Positions 32,801 to 41,795 of a DNA stretch of 64,000 nucleotides are shown piece by piece. This DNA is from a virus: IMG/VR virus record IMGVR_UViG_3300008735_000004, positions 6,649 to 70,648 of that record; one strand, written 5' to 3'. The notes under the pieces were generated by a model. That model was not told the origin of the DNA. It did not search any database and worked only from the letters and a program-made list of their open reading frames with translations. Every line of letters starts with the position of its first letter. Position 1 is the first letter of the stretch. The position numbers and the translations under genes were made by a program.

Positions 32801-33672
32801 GCAAATTCTCTTGGAGCCTCTGTCCAGAATGTTAAGGGTACTACTTCAACTCTAGTATTACTCCATATAAATTCTTCTGGTTTTTGAATATTATAAAAAG
32901 TTTCACCTTTTTCATATCCAAATAATCTATAAGGCTCAGCAGGTACAATTTCTATAGGAGAATTAGAAGGAGCATCAATTGATTCAGGAATAGAGGTATC
33001 GGGTACATCAGTGGGTCGTAAGTATTCTAAATCTTCAGCCACATATTGGAAGGTTGTTTCTAAATATGCTTCATCAGTGCCTGTTACTACGCCTTCATCA
33101 ACTAGGCGAACATTTTTAATTAGCATTTTGGATAATACTTGTTCGTCAGAATCCTGTCTACTTAGTTTACTTTTTCCACCAACAAAGCCATCTCCTATGG
33201 ATTTTTCTTCTTTGAAAAGAAGCATAATATCAAAAGGTGGAATTTCATCGGAAAAGGCAATCTCTCCGTTTTCTAAACTAGAGGTATCACCATATACTAA
33301 GTTATTGCTCCTATATCCTGCTTGATTGGAAGCAATTAGTTCATAGAAGCCTGCTCTATCAAAATTAACAAGAACAATACTTCCAGCGATTGTTCTTGTT
33401 CCTTTAGTATATGATTTAGCAGAAGCTTCTCCTAAGCGTCTAACTGGTGCCTTGTCCCTGTGTACGGAACAACTGATAGCCGCTAAGTTTGTAATTGGGA
33501 TATAAGCTTCCTTACTTATTTTACCATAAGTAAGAATAGAAGCATTGACATCAGCTCCAGAGAAAGCTATGTTTCGTCTGGGAGGTGCAGGCATATAAAC
33601 AGAACCTGCTACTCGTTGTTCCGCTACTGTTTCTTGATCAACAGGAATTGTTTTATTGGTATTATTTGCCAT
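26893..33672 (-). CDS. 2259-aa virion protein: N-terminal tube-fold domain plus long acidic extension with nested Cys/Trp modules
   Basis: aa ~30-220 parallel the tube protein (FSGAD, SVHRDKAPV, RTIAGSIVLVNFDR, DEIPPFDI, FQYVA). Cys-pair repeat clusters at ~29608-30705 and ~27345-27645. Confidence 0.75.
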   Translation of the reverse strand: MANNTNKTIPVDQETVAEQRVAGSVYMPAPPRRNIAFSGADVNASILTYGKISKEAYIPITNLAAISCSVHRDKAPVRRLGEASAKSYTKGTRTIAGSIVLVNFDRAGFYELIASNQAGYRSNNLVYGDTSSLENGEIAFSDEIPPFDIMLLFKEEKSIGDGFVGGKSKLSRQDSDEQVLSKMLIKNVRLVDEGVVTGTDEAYLETTFQYVAEDLEYLRPTDVPDTSIPESIDAPSNSPIEIVPAEPYRLFGYEKGETFYNIQKPEEFIWSNTRVEVVPLTFWTEAPREFAGSFDVSINRIPGTCSGSTDDPANNTRAKCEADEAGSGASPGTWAETKELLEDEISNFVGNPDGSSVYMDSTDDNWKAFRVYVRPEKVPPYFDDPNRTPSISIKNGVNATPTYISSIDPSGIYTTGPNSDSRTTLTETSLNPLSTFDFVNATGQENNAQIDGVDARFLIMDKAYLTTEKHPIPGWGNKFGVHEFFNIKGPKYTWITEAAEAAPHVTYTNTKYKLNKGEGKYYFNTNEFPIREDWNILGSPGADYIKAYCSLGDLLVEKVNSIDPADDYVFADENPDDNTLIRVTLGGTDDAYVKSEDLIKEYSSNLELKVATQEKVYQSSTAEASCSDISLTSEAECIEAGHTWNELSNDAVGNLDQKSMRFSLPGIIKDDLTSGPLMSAKYWHSSALEEVRKSIKVELIDAGTPIDLTDKIITYDPLGKLETYGANASVVGVLVPSPAIQDITAEGERDLTQSASSENITADVATEAFEITTPNQKLSISEEQCTITDPSGAVTGIYANLIISNHTQDFSNYNTTFAVEGFLDTLSETYSESNVKSGFIPQEQHTSMDGMVGPYGTTLFFPDTVQYIESITEVVKAEFDENTAMNYFSNDIASQANSILNKEYTPAAGTIEFTPGENGVTILGIYDPIESTDPYEFDITQLEWTSSILTGTYTFPIKSEEGVDVGDHYNYFIDGWGGNNKVTLNFPSFTACTNPDWDNYADCVAEGTCSNASEHSSIQDYATTTYENDKSGCTTLSEDSGWCDSGDYGPHTTQTTCEERGNCAHPDGNTFTYNTTKTVCDAIGACLDQETEVVLGLSDETSCIAEGDCFDYTGEKLSGGTAENLCTVAGICLDSVGAEVETLTTEGNCIAEGNCVSLNGEIQHGQMTEAACNIIGSCFNYEGEDLSATFTTENACVTEGTCVNSNGDIYPQYTDQGSCEAVIGGYCVDSLYNNNQTGCLDNVGACSGGPSYTNRTDCEAAGACVDPVTGDTIGAPDETTCTNYGGDWTYFTWVPDTTAWTASDLIWESHTWQPAVWNQNEWKANTWKQYTWKPATFTQYQWKPNVWTSAGNMWWTYPAEATDRDITVSATGITVDIADIHEKLIHLPVDPIQVSLDFNHSYADFGQMEVTYKQYLNNETPPQPTNTFEKEITLTPSVLNPDGLTHYELTTEPIIKLDGIQWDTNNIEDLSAADGSEWKFKIKNIPIKENDAAYEITADYTYKWKDTNGTFSPISIKVNYEAFNFDPTDETQTSIELDFGAYKPLFLHNDGTYHDWDWDSIKGAGAVNNWRDYLQLRCENSKGLIELLQETGADGVNPITVTTPAQDNAGNWKATINNIPLLVKEDATSWLESIWNGIWGIDSAPRGHVKATANAHFKDDVIRSISFTYDLPSFPASEVWDTSDEEGMGINMLEGTAQIPNYSELLGVDYAVIIPETEYDDFVDWSSDTWSGTSIREIEITSKPDRQEWDDIQGSDIADLTMFDITDYSDVNNPPDTFTFGIQHIPLVSDTINLAYTFKYMANPLPISITYLHDSGEIWPEMPIKGDFALETEVPIMVTKEKTKYNLDKIESVNFVTPGDTTEYSLTNKDWGLAMDKAWEGGYCKATDIVDYNIGNEKITKADPLRRLFYHAGLHPEGTEDTPVELDPAIYMSDNNNNNYSLEVGYKFIEYYNPEIAYTKAGYVMTARLNSDAVEWDSDLDEKYKKDWELAVNVNDGTLRINTGEAWEAGNCTNTQVDLSHLTRSECQDHPGLCSDAQWINPEDCEGAGTCSATVYNNDRTMCLSRGICADDQGNILTGNVDVSDCAAPHVWTAYTWTSAGNEWEESVFTYPVDVDKEIANALGGSIEYETEDSDNTPPGTTDTRITDKSSIKTGKITGIKLQELSDSQKLIQWGFWLIGSETGKAKDDYPKIFVNPERYGTLNEAIMEMQKEYQKKFFNGSFCGEEIRNDLGTLERFDFKKEYTTQLTCEKAGFSWYR

Positions 33673-33683
33673 TTAAGATATGT

Positions 33684-33719
33684 TAAGATATGGGACAGAG
33701 GATTCCATCCCATATCTTA
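33684..33719 (-). terminator. 12-bp perfect hairpin after tail tube gene (terminator or processing site)
   Basis: TAAGATATGGGA-N12-TCCCATATCTTA, with no clear U-tract. Confidence 0.55.
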
Positions 33720-33742
33720 TGTTTAGACTTGTGTTCAGTTTC

Positions 33743-34345
33743 TTATATGATTGCTTCACTAGATTGAATACCTGTAGTATCCGCACCAGCTGCAGCAGTT
33801 CCATCAACCGGACGCCACGCATCGATATGCCTAGCAACATAGGTAAACTGAGCTTCTTGGATACCATCATCAATAGAGATACCAGCACCCTCAGAAATAA
33901 TAGTAACGTCAAATATACGCATTACCATTTGTTTTCCGAATTCATTTTTACCATAAAGAGTAATATCAAAAGGTGGGATTTCGTCAGCATAAACTGCTAC
34001 GCGAGAATCATCGCCAAAAGGATTACTATCTGTAGTATTAAACTCATTACCAGGATTATAACTTTGATCAGTTCTATAAACTGTAGAAAGTTCCATAATG
34101 TCCCGCAAAGCAGCACGATCAAAACAAGTCATCACAACTGATCCTGCCACACCACGTTTGTTCTTTGAGTATGAAAGAGCGTTTGGATCCCCGCATACAA
34201 AAATAGGACGAACTTCCCTATTAACTGACCAAGATATTCCTTGGATATTTCCTATTTCAACATTACCAAATACGGATTTAATGTCTGAACCAGAGAAAGT
34301 CGTAACTAGACCTGGATTCGTTTCAAGGTTTGATTTAAAAGCCAT
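33743..34345 (-). CDS. Tail tube protein (200 aa)
   Basis: Immediately downstream of the sheath gene, of tube size, with a strong RBS (TAGGAG) and a beta-rich pattern shared with the paralogues. Confidence 0.75.
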   Translation of the reverse strand: MAFKSNLETNPGLVTTFSGSDIKSVFGNVEIGNIQGISWSVNREVRPIFVCGDPNALSYSKNKRGVAGSVVMTCFDRAALRDIMELSTVYRTDQSYNPGNEFNTTDSNPFGDDSRVAVYADEIPPFDITLYGKNEFGKQMVMRIFDVTIISEGAGISIDDGIQEAQFTYVARHIDAWRPVDGTAAAGADTTGIQSSEAII

Positions 34346-34449
34346 TTTATTTTTCTCCTAATTAATAGAAAGCCCCATCAAAATTGACAGGGCTCTCCAC
34401 ACTTTGGGAACTGCTCTAGGTAGTTATTTCCTCATCAATTATTCATATT

Positions 34450-34459
34450 AGATATGTCA
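34450..34459 (-). promoter_or_regulatory. TGACATATCT motif upstream of tube gene
   Basis: Exact copy of the motif at 25431, 61935 and 63558. Confidence 0.55.
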
Positions 34460-34463
34460 CACT

Positions 34464-36824
34464 CTATGCAATGTCATCAGCGGTTAACTGAACATTGTAA
34501 TGTACGTCTCTAATTTCAAATTGTGGACTTAAGGTTAATGGAATAGTAATTTTTCCAACAACCCGTTCACCCGGTGTCATAACCACAGGTGCTTTAAATC
34601 CGCGAAGGACTCTAGGCACAAGTGCGTCACCAAGCTGCTTATCCAAAGAACTTTGGAATGCTTGCAATAGAGCTGCACTAGAAACTTTACCAATAAAGTC
34701 TTTAGCTACGCTTCTGCAGATATCCAAGGCTTCTTGCAAGATAAGGACAGTCATTAAGTTTTCAAAGTCTGATCCAGCAGTTGCTAATGATCTTGATTCT
34801 GTTAATTTAACAGCTCCATTATCAATAGTTCCTACCGCGATTCTAGAATCAGAAAGAACGTCGACTTGACGTTTTCCGCTAATCTGATCAATTTCAGTAT
34901 AACGATATCTTAAACCCTGCATTCCTGGAATTGAGTGTCTATAAATAGCTTCTTCAGTAGGCATTGCTGCAATTAAACCTGCAACAGCTGCTGTACCGAT
35001 TGCTGAGTATCGAACACCATTCTTTGAGAATATTGGTTCTAGATCTACTGCGTACATGAAGGGTTGGTGAAAATCAGATAACACAGTTCCCGCATTTGTA
35101 CTAGATCCACCGAGACCAGATACAGTTAAATTAGCTACACGACCAGTAGATGGATGAGATATATCTTCATATCTTTTGATTCGTCCACCAACTCCGCTAC
35201 CTACCAAGGGTTCGAAGCCAATAACACCTACCATTTCGCCATTAAACTTTTCTAAAAAAGCTGACATTTGTGGTGCATATCCAGCAGCATTTCCATCAGC
35301 AAGAACAGCATCAGCTGTCAGATCTGTGACACACATTACATCAAAGAAATCATAGATAAAATGCTCGTATGCTTCATCCAGGTCAGATTTTAATTCATCG
35401 TTAGTCATTACTGTTCCATCTTGTCCACCCGCTAAACTATAAGTACTAGCCCATGAAGGGTCAGCCGCTAAGTAAAGGTAAGAGAATCCTAATACTACAT
35501 TTGTATCAGAAAGATCCGGAGCATCAATTACAATACTATTAGAAGATTCTTCATAAGCAGATTCTTCATAGTATTTTTTCTGAGCATAACGTAGTACCAT
35601 TGTATAGGAAGGAACTGCACCAAATCGTAGAGATTTGCCAGCAGCAGATGCAATTTTATATTGAAATTCTCCTGCAGGGTTATCCGCTTTTACTACTGTT
35701 TTCTTGTTTTCACTAGTATCAAATGCTACTGATACTGTAACAGTTTTGTCTGCAAAAGCAACGCTTGATAGGTCCCAAGAACACGCATTCACAGCACTTA
35801 CTGTTAAAGTTTCATCTGAAAAAGTTTCTGTAGTATTAGCATCTGCTTCATCAGTTACAGTAACTACTGCATTTGTCATATCAATTGCAGCATCTCCGAG
35901 AATATCAGCATCAAAACTAATTGCAACCGTGGCCTCTCCAGAACCATTTGCTAGTACTCCGGATACAATTTCTGTACCTTTGTAATAAACTTTGTTGGCA
36001 TCAGCAGTTAATAAATTGGCCCCAGCAGTGATGGGTTCAAATGCTTGTCCATTGCTATTCAATAAGTCATCAGCAGCTGTTTCGTCTGCAACAGAACCTG
36101 AAGGAATTGAAAAGCTTGCGCTTCCAGTAAATTCATATTCTGCAGAAGCGCTAACCGTATATACTGAATTAATTTGCGCAACTGGCCATAAAGAGTCGGT
36201 AGCTTCTTCTTCCATATTTACGCTTAGTTGGTTATTAGAGTATGTTCCAGCAGCTGCTGAGAATTCTAATAAAGCTTCGTTGTCTGCTGTAGCTGATACA
36301 GCAAAGATAATATCTTTAGTATTTGGATCGACATTGATAGCCGCAGCTAATTCATCAATCGTTAAATCAACGCTAAATTTAGAACTAAGTTCAGTTTTTG
36401 GATTATATACATAAATCCACCCAACTCCGTTAGCGTCTTGTTTCTTTTCAATTGTTACATCATTATATACACTACCTTCATTGATCGCTTCGATTTCAGC
36501 AACTTTATTTCCGCCTACATCTTGTAGCTCCGTAATAGCTCTGGTAGCATTTACACCACCAATTCTCATACCCCAGGTATCTGGTGTAGCAGAACTACCT
36601 GCTTGAGCATCAATACATTCTTTTAAACCACGAACAAGTGTTCCTTCGCCAAATGCACCAAAAAGCTCTTCAGCTTCTGCTGGTGACTTAACTTGGAGAG
36701 GCTCATACATCGGTCCATCTGTAGCGGTACCGAGAATTACTACTCGTCGATTAGTAGGTCCCTGTGGAACCGATCTATCAAGGTTGTTGTCATATAAAGT
36801 TCTAGTTACTTTTGGTGTTGCCAT
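34464..36824 (-). CDS. Tail sheath protein (786 aa)
   Basis: N-terminal VVILGTATDGPMYEP...AEELFG, LAGGQDG, and C-terminal sheath-type IPLTLSPQFEIRDVHYNV. Confidence 0.88.
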   Translation of the reverse strand: MATPKVTRTLYDNNLDRSVPQGPTNRRVVILGTATDGPMYEPLQVKSPAEAEELFGAFGEGTLVRGLKECIDAQAGSSATPDTWGMRIGGVNATRAITELQDVGGNKVAEIEAINEGSVYNDVTIEKKQDANGVGWIYVYNPKTELSSKFSVDLTIDELAAAINVDPNTKDIIFAVSATADNEALLEFSAAAGTYSNNQLSVNMEEEATDSLWPVAQINSVYTVSASAEYEFTGSASFSIPSGSVADETAADDLLNSNGQAFEPITAGANLLTADANKVYYKGTEIVSGVLANGSGEATVAISFDADILGDAAIDMTNAVVTVTDEADANTTETFSDETLTVSAVNACSWDLSSVAFADKTVTVSVAFDTSENKKTVVKADNPAGEFQYKIASAAGKSLRFGAVPSYTMVLRYAQKKYYEESAYEESSNSIVIDAPDLSDTNVVLGFSYLYLAADPSWASTYSLAGGQDGTVMTNDELKSDLDEAYEHFIYDFFDVMCVTDLTADAVLADGNAAGYAPQMSAFLEKFNGEMVGVIGFEPLVGSGVGGRIKRYEDISHPSTGRVANLTVSGLGGSSTNAGTVLSDFHQPFMYAVDLEPIFSKNGVRYSAIGTAAVAGLIAAMPTEEAIYRHSIPGMQGLRYRYTEIDQISGKRQVDVLSDSRIAVGTIDNGAVKLTESRSLATAGSDFENLMTVLILQEALDICRSVAKDFIGKVSSAALLQAFQSSLDKQLGDALVPRVLRGFKAPVVMTPGERVVGKITIPLTLSPQFEIRDVHYNVQLTADDIA

Positions 36825-36874
36825 AACTTTATCTCCATTTAATATTGTTATTTAGCTTACTCGTGGTATTATTT

Positions 36875-37528
36875 TTATTCATCATCATTTAATTTAATTT
36901 TAATCACTTCAATTAGATCTGCAGGAATAGCTGTGTATTTCTCCACATCAATCGCATACTCTAGGCTTCTTACATTAAAAGTTTGATTTAGTTTCTCTAC
37001 CTCTTTATCCTTAGTACGTTGTCTAAAAACAGTGTAATGAGATCCAAATAAACCTCCAAAGTGATCCATGAATGCAAATTGAAACCAATCTGCTAAATCT
37101 TCTGCCTCATTTGGGCTTTTTGCAAAAATATCAAATTGAAAAAATGCAGTAAATCTCTGAGCTAATACTCTTAGAGCTGTGCCATCATCCAACATAATAT
37201 CATTTCGTAATCTTGGTTTAACTTCTCTAGTACCTACTTCTGGATTTGCAGCGGGTTTACCGCCTAAATTTACTGGTAACATTCTGTTAATGCTCCATAC
37301 AATTCCATTTTCAATTTTGTTTTCATCCTCTTTAACAGTTACCCATGTTGGATAAGCTGCGTCAAATCTTAAGTTTGGCTTAAGAAGATGTAAACATTTT
37401 TCTAGTTCAGTAATATATTTGAGAGGACCAACGTTTCCAACTACCGATTCACCATTTATGGTCAACGGCATGCTTTCACCGTCGATTCCTTCTCTATAGA
37501 GAGTTATGTCAATCGGTGATTTTTCCAT
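36875..37528 (-). CDS. Putative tail terminator/completion protein (217 aa)
   Basis: Lies just before the sheath gene and shows a FQFDIFAKSPNEAEDLADWF pattern. Confidence 0.5.
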   Translation of the reverse strand: MEKSPIDITLYREGIDGESMPLTINGESVVGNVGPLKYITELEKCLHLLKPNLRFDAAYPTWVTVKEDENKIENGIVWSINRMLPVNLGGKPAANPEVGTREVKPRLRNDIMLDDGTALRVLAQRFTAFFQFDIFAKSPNEAEDLADWFQFAFMDHFGGLFGSHYTVFRQRTKDKEVEKLNQTFNVRSLEYAIDVEKYTAIPADLIEVIKIKLNDDE

Positions 37529-37529
37529 A

Positions 37530-37997
37530 TTAATAATCTCCCATGTGTGGAACTATTTGTACTAAGTAGAATTCTATCTTACCTTGAAATCCACGTTTGG
37601 TATCTACTTCCACGATTTCAAAAGCCTCAACATGATCAGAAGTATACATTTCATGTTCAGATGGAGCTGAATCTGTCTCCTTATATTCAACTTCTATAAT
37701 AACATCTCCTCGTTTAGGTTTTACACTACGAGGTATATACATTTTAGAATTTTGAATAGTAACACCAACCGCCCCTCTGACCGACATGGGATCATGTCTT
37801 ACTTTTATAATTTCATCAGCAAAGGTCCACTTAGGGCCTCCAGAACTTGAGCCAGTATCTTCATGATAAAATTCACTTTTTTCTCCAACATTATATCGTC
37901 GATATAAAACAAAATGACCATATTTGTCTAAAATACTTTCAAATGATCTTTTTACAGATGAGCCCGCGGAACTAACTGACCATGGTTTCATTGCCAT
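37530..37997 (-). CDS. Putative head-closure/neck protein (155 aa)
   Basis: Neck position, with LDKYGHFVLYRR and PKRGDVIIEV patterns. Confidence 0.5.
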   Translation of the reverse strand: MAMKPWSVSSAGSSVKRSFESILDKYGHFVLYRRYNVGEKSEFYHEDTGSSSGGPKWTFADEIIKVRHDPMSVRGAVGVTIQNSKMYIPRSVKPKRGDVIIEVEYKETDSAPSEHEMYTSDHVEAFEIVEVDTKRGFQGKIEFYLVQIVPHMGDY

Positions 37998-39430
37998 TAT
38001 TTAGTCCTCGAAGTAAATCCTCGGCTCATTCCTCTGGATTCGAAATCTGACCCACCAGTTGCCCCCGGAGATGCACTAGTAGTGCTTGTGGGTAAGCTTT
38101 GGTGAGTGTGGTCCGTATAGGGACTAGTTGAAGAATCTTTTGTTTTTAATTTATGCTCTAGTGCTACTATTTTAAGATCCAATGCTGCAATATTATCTTT
38201 GAGATATTGAGCAAGATTTCTTCCAGACATTTTAAAGTCTCCAAGAGAAATAGAACCTGCTCCTGCGCCAGTAGGATCAGTAAAATAAGTTGATAGAATA
38301 TCTTTCTTAGTTCGCGCTACTACATATTCAGTAACTCTTAATGGCACATTTAAAGAATCAATAGTACCATTCCATAATTGGGCAGCAGTTATGCTATGAC
38401 GGTGTATGGATAAGGCTACTGTAAAATCATCGTATTGATTTACAAAAGGCCCAATTTCTAATTTTGTTTCATTGATAGAGGCATAGAAAGGCGATAATAA
38501 ACTCATAAAAGAAAGAATAGGCGTATGTTCATTAACTGATATATCAAATCCTATTTCAAAAGTTCTATTAATATCAAAATCTAATGTAATATACCCCTCT
38601 TCATCTGGAGTTTTACTAATGCATGCTATGCTATCAACGGTTAAAGCATCCGCGCCTATAACTGCTAATAGATCTTTTTCTTCTTGATCTAAATTATCAT
38701 ATAAAATTTTAGACGTTAGGTATACGTCTTTTCCTAGTACGAAAGGATTTTGCAAGTTATCAATCCAGTATGCTTTTGGATTTAATCCAAAACCTAAAGG
38801 ATGATTTGCTAAAGCAGATACTTGTACATCTCGTGTCCACGTTTCACCAGCTGCTTCACAGTTTACTAATGTTTTATGCTGAGGATCACTGCACGTACCT
38901 CCCTCAGGTACACGACCATCAAAGCTTACCGTTAGACTTCCAAGTCCATACTGCATGATACTCCCTTCTGCTGGAATTGCAGAGGCAAAATATAATTCTT
39001 CAGGTATAGCTTCTATATCTTCTACAACTGTTTCTCCCGTTTGATCTACTTGAGTTACGGCTTCAATAACAGTAAATGTCGCAGAATAGCTATTTTGTAA
39101 AGAGGTTCCGTCGGCTGCTTTTATACCATAATTACTTTTAGGAATATATAAAGCATATGAAGCTCCTGCAATCAGGTCTGATTTAGGAGATACTCTAACA
39201 ATTGTTCCCGGATCAATTAGAGATAATTCAATATCTACTGGGGTTTCGTTACCCCCATCAGGCATTGTTCTAAAAAGAGTTACCGCGTACGATAATAGAG
39301 AGGAAGATGCTACTTCTGAGGAAAATGTAATGTCTAGGGGAGAATCTTTTGGAACATCAGCAGCCCCGAGTAATGCAATTGGATTTCCAGATGCATCAGT
39401 AAATTCTGTTTTTAAAATATTGAAAGCCAT
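37997..39430 (-). CDS. Putative head-tail adaptor with N-terminal Ig-like domains (477 aa)
   Basis: N-terminal Big_5-like segment (ITFSSEV...VRVSPKSDLIAGASYALYI...YSATFT), one Cys/Trp module, and C-terminal adaptor-like SISLGDFKMS. Confidence 0.55.
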   Translation of the reverse strand: MAFNILKTEFTDASGNPIALLGAADVPKDSPLDITFSSEVASSSLLSYAVTLFRTMPDGGNETPVDIELSLIDPGTIVRVSPKSDLIAGASYALYIPKSNYGIKAADGTSLQNSYSATFTVIEAVTQVDQTGETVVEDIEAIPEELYFASAIPAEGSIMQYGLGSLTVSFDGRVPEGGTCSDPQHKTLVNCEAAGETWTRDVQVSALANHPLGFGLNPKAYWIDNLQNPFVLGKDVYLTSKILYDNLDQEEKDLLAVIGADALTVDSIACISKTPDEEGYITLDFDINRTFEIGFDISVNEHTPILSFMSLLSPFYASINETKLEIGPFVNQYDDFTVALSIHRHSITAAQLWNGTIDSLNVPLRVTEYVVARTKKDILSTYFTDPTGAGAGSISLGDFKMSGRNLAQYLKDNIAALDLKIVALEHKLKTKDSSTSPYTDHTHQSLPTSTTSASPGATGGSDFESRGMSRGFTSRTK

Positions 39431-39432
39431 AA

Positions 39433-39537
39433 CTATGTCCTCTTAGTTTTCTTTTGCTTCCTTTTTAGAGAAGCACCGCCTGGACGAATTCCCACCCGCC
39501 CAGGTTTCTTTGTGCCTTTGTCATTTTTCTTTGTCAT
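39433..39537 (-). CDS. Unannotated 34-aa basic peptide MTKKNDKGTKKPGRVGIRPGGASLKRKQKKTKRT
   Basis: Start overlaps the upstream stop (TAATG) and the stop lies 2 nt before the next ATG. 14 of 34 residues are K/R. Confidence 0.6.
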   Translation of the reverse strand: MTKKNDKGTKKPGRVGIRPGGASLKRKQKKTKRT

Positions 39538-40205
39538 TAAGTAACAAAGCGTAAAGGTTTTACATCCTTGACTGGGGGATTTTCATCCTCAACTTTAACA
39601 GAACTAATCCCAGTTGATTTACCCAAGTCGTTCATGATGTTAGACACAAAGTCCATAACAACATCTCTTGGATGCATCGAAGGATTTTTACCTTCTTTTT
39701 CTATACTGTGACAAGCTTCAATAAATTCTAATTTATCTAGTTTATTATCTAGAGTTATTAAAACTGATTGCATTTCTTTTACAGCATTAGAGGGAGTTCC
39801 TGCAAGAATAGTAAAAGCTTTTTTATAGATTGCGCTATCATTACTAAAACCTATTGAGTGATATGAGAAAGAGGGTGTTTTTAAGACTTTACCTTTTACT
39901 CCAGTACCTTTATCTGTCCAACGGAATTGACCTCTATTGGATGTTACAGGAGGAGTTGAAGGTGTATTTACACTTTTTTCTTTATACTTTTCGTCAGGTT
40001 TACTAATATAATCTAAAGTACCTGAATTTACTGCTGCGTCTATCTCAGGTAAAAACTCTTCAGCAATTTCTGAAACTTCTACCCAATTATCTCCATTTTT
40101 AATAGAGTCGGTAGTAAAAGCAGTAAGCGAGACTTTAGATGCAGGGTGTCGCCACATTGCTTCCCCTTGTGCTAATCTAATATACTTTTTTCTATTTTTG
40201 GCCAT
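39537..40205 (-). CDS. Hypothetical protein downstream of MCP (222 aa)
   Basis: AAGGAG RBS, preceded by the TGACATAACT motif. Confidence 0.7.
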   Translation of the reverse strand: MAKNRKKYIRLAQGEAMWRHPASKVSLTAFTTDSIKNGDNWVEVSEIAEEFLPEIDAAVNSGTLDYISKPDEKYKEKSVNTPSTPPVTSNRGQFRWTDKGTGVKGKVLKTPSFSYHSIGFSNDSAIYKKAFTILAGTPSNAVKEMQSVLITLDNKLDKLEFIEACHSIEKEGKNPSMHPRDVVMDFVSNIMNDLGKSTGISSVKVEDENPPVKDVKPLRFVT

Positions 40206-40233
40206 TTCTAGCTCCTTATGTTTATCTTTTCTA

Positions 40234-40243
40234 AGTTATGTCA
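40234..40243 (-). promoter_or_regulatory. TGACATAACT motif
   Basis: One-mismatch copy directly after the MCP terminator. Confidence 0.5.
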
Positions 40244-40252
40244 ATCAGACAC

Positions 40253-40286
40253 AAAAAGAGGGGCCCGATTACTCAGTCCCCTCTTC
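40253..40286 (-). terminator. Intrinsic terminator after major capsid gene
   Basis: Minus strand AAGAGGGG-ACTGAGTAATCGGG-CCCCTCTT followed by TTTGT. Confidence 0.8.
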
Positions 40287-40327
40287 TTAGTCATTTACAA
40301 GTTAAGTAACGTCAAACTAAGCTATGC

Positions 40328-41692
40328 TTAAGAAGCAGTGGGCCCAGCATCAGGTGTGTCACCACTCAAAGATACTTGGTTAACATTGTCAAATACATAG
40401 TTATCTTTGATAACAACGTCTTTTGCAATACCAACACCTTTACCTTGAGCGAGAAGTGCCATACCCCAACGTTCTTTAATCTTCATAGCATGGATGTCAA
40501 CTTCCGGATCTTTCCATTCATCTACAGAAATGCCTTCTTTAGTCATTAATAGACCAGCATTTTGAGAATCAGCCATGATGATATCTGTTACGTATACGCT
40601 TGAATCATCTGCAACATTATCAGCTCCAGCATTAGCGCCTGTAGCACCAGATGCATATTTAACATGAGGTGAAACAATCACTTTAAGAGGTGAAGGTAGA
40701 TATTTAGGCGCAATATTAAAACTTGAGCCGAGAGGATTCAAAGTTGTTACGAACGGATTTGGACCAGCAACGCCACCTTCTTGTGGGTTACGTCCAGTTG
40801 GATCTTGTTTGTATCCTAATCCACCAAAACCTGTTCCAAATGTTTGTGTACCGCCACCGTTTGGTAAACCGTTAGTAGCAATAACACCATTTGCGAATAA
40901 GATTTCACGCATTTTAGGATCGTTCATAAATGTTTTCCAAGCAAGTGGATTCATCAAAAGAGTATCATAATTGAAGCCTCTTAAGTAACCATAAGCCCAC
41001 ATATCAAAGACATCATTAATGGTCATAGAACCATTAAATTTACCATCGATACCGCGACCTTTAGTATAACCTAATTCGCCGGAATCATCACTATTGCTGA
41101 AAATGGTTTGACCCATATCATTTAATAGAGCGATACCATACTCTTCTTTATGTCTTGCCAATGCACGGCCAGACATTCTCAACCACATTCCGAATACATC
41201 GAAAAGGTTGTCATCAATCACTTCTTGTGTCATGCGCATTTTCAATCCATGCTTAGCAATGCCAAGTTGGATGATATGGCCTTCTCCGAAAGACATATCA
41301 GCTTCTGGATATTCCTGACCTTCAGGAACTTCAGCAGCATGAAATGCACCCATAGCACCAATTTCTACAGTGCGACCTGGGCCTTCATATGCAATCTGTT
41401 TAAACAGATTGGGAACGACTAGCAAGTCTGGTTCAATAGCTTCTTGCACTAAGGAAGTTACAGTTGTACCAATGAATCTTGTAAGATCTTCTGTAAAGAA
41501 TACATCTTTAAATTCATCAATACCTTCTGCTTCCATGTGTTTTCCAATACTGAACACATCTTTGAAGTCGAAATGCAAGTTCAACGCATCTTTATCTTCA
41601 GTTTCTATCCCAACAATACCATTGTTAGTAAAGATATCATAGATAAGTTTTTGAGCGTGAGCCTGCTTTGCTGTTAGTTTTGTCACTTTCAT
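40328..41692 (-). CDS. Major capsid protein (HK97 fold, 454 aa)
   Basis: AAEVPEGQEYPE, KHGLKMRMTQEVIDD, ALARHKE, DTLLMNPLAW and KIKERWG patterns. Lies after the protease and scaffold and has its own terminator. Confidence 0.9.
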   Translation of the reverse strand: MKVTKLTAKQAHAQKLIYDIFTNNGIVGIETEDKDALNLHFDFKDVFSIGKHMEAEGIDEFKDVFFTEDLTRFIGTTVTSLVQEAIEPDLLVVPNLFKQIAYEGPGRTVEIGAMGAFHAAEVPEGQEYPEADMSFGEGHIIQLGIAKHGLKMRMTQEVIDDNLFDVFGMWLRMSGRALARHKEEYGIALLNDMGQTIFSNSDDSGELGYTKGRGIDGKFNGSMTINDVFDMWAYGYLRGFNYDTLLMNPLAWKTFMNDPKMREILFANGVIATNGLPNGGGTQTFGTGFGGLGYKQDPTGRNPQEGGVAGPNPFVTTLNPLGSSFNIAPKYLPSPLKVIVSPHVKYASGATGANAGADNVADDSSVYVTDIIMADSQNAGLLMTKEGISVDEWKDPEVDIHAMKIKERWGMALLAQGKGVGIAKDVVIKDNYVFDNVNQVSLSGDTPDAGPTAS

Positions 41693-41795
41693 TATTATTT
41701 TTCTCCAATATTTAAGTGAATACTTTCTAAAGCAGACTCTCTATGATTATTCATCTGGAGTTCTGTTTTAAAAATAGCTTTCATACTATTTCTCA

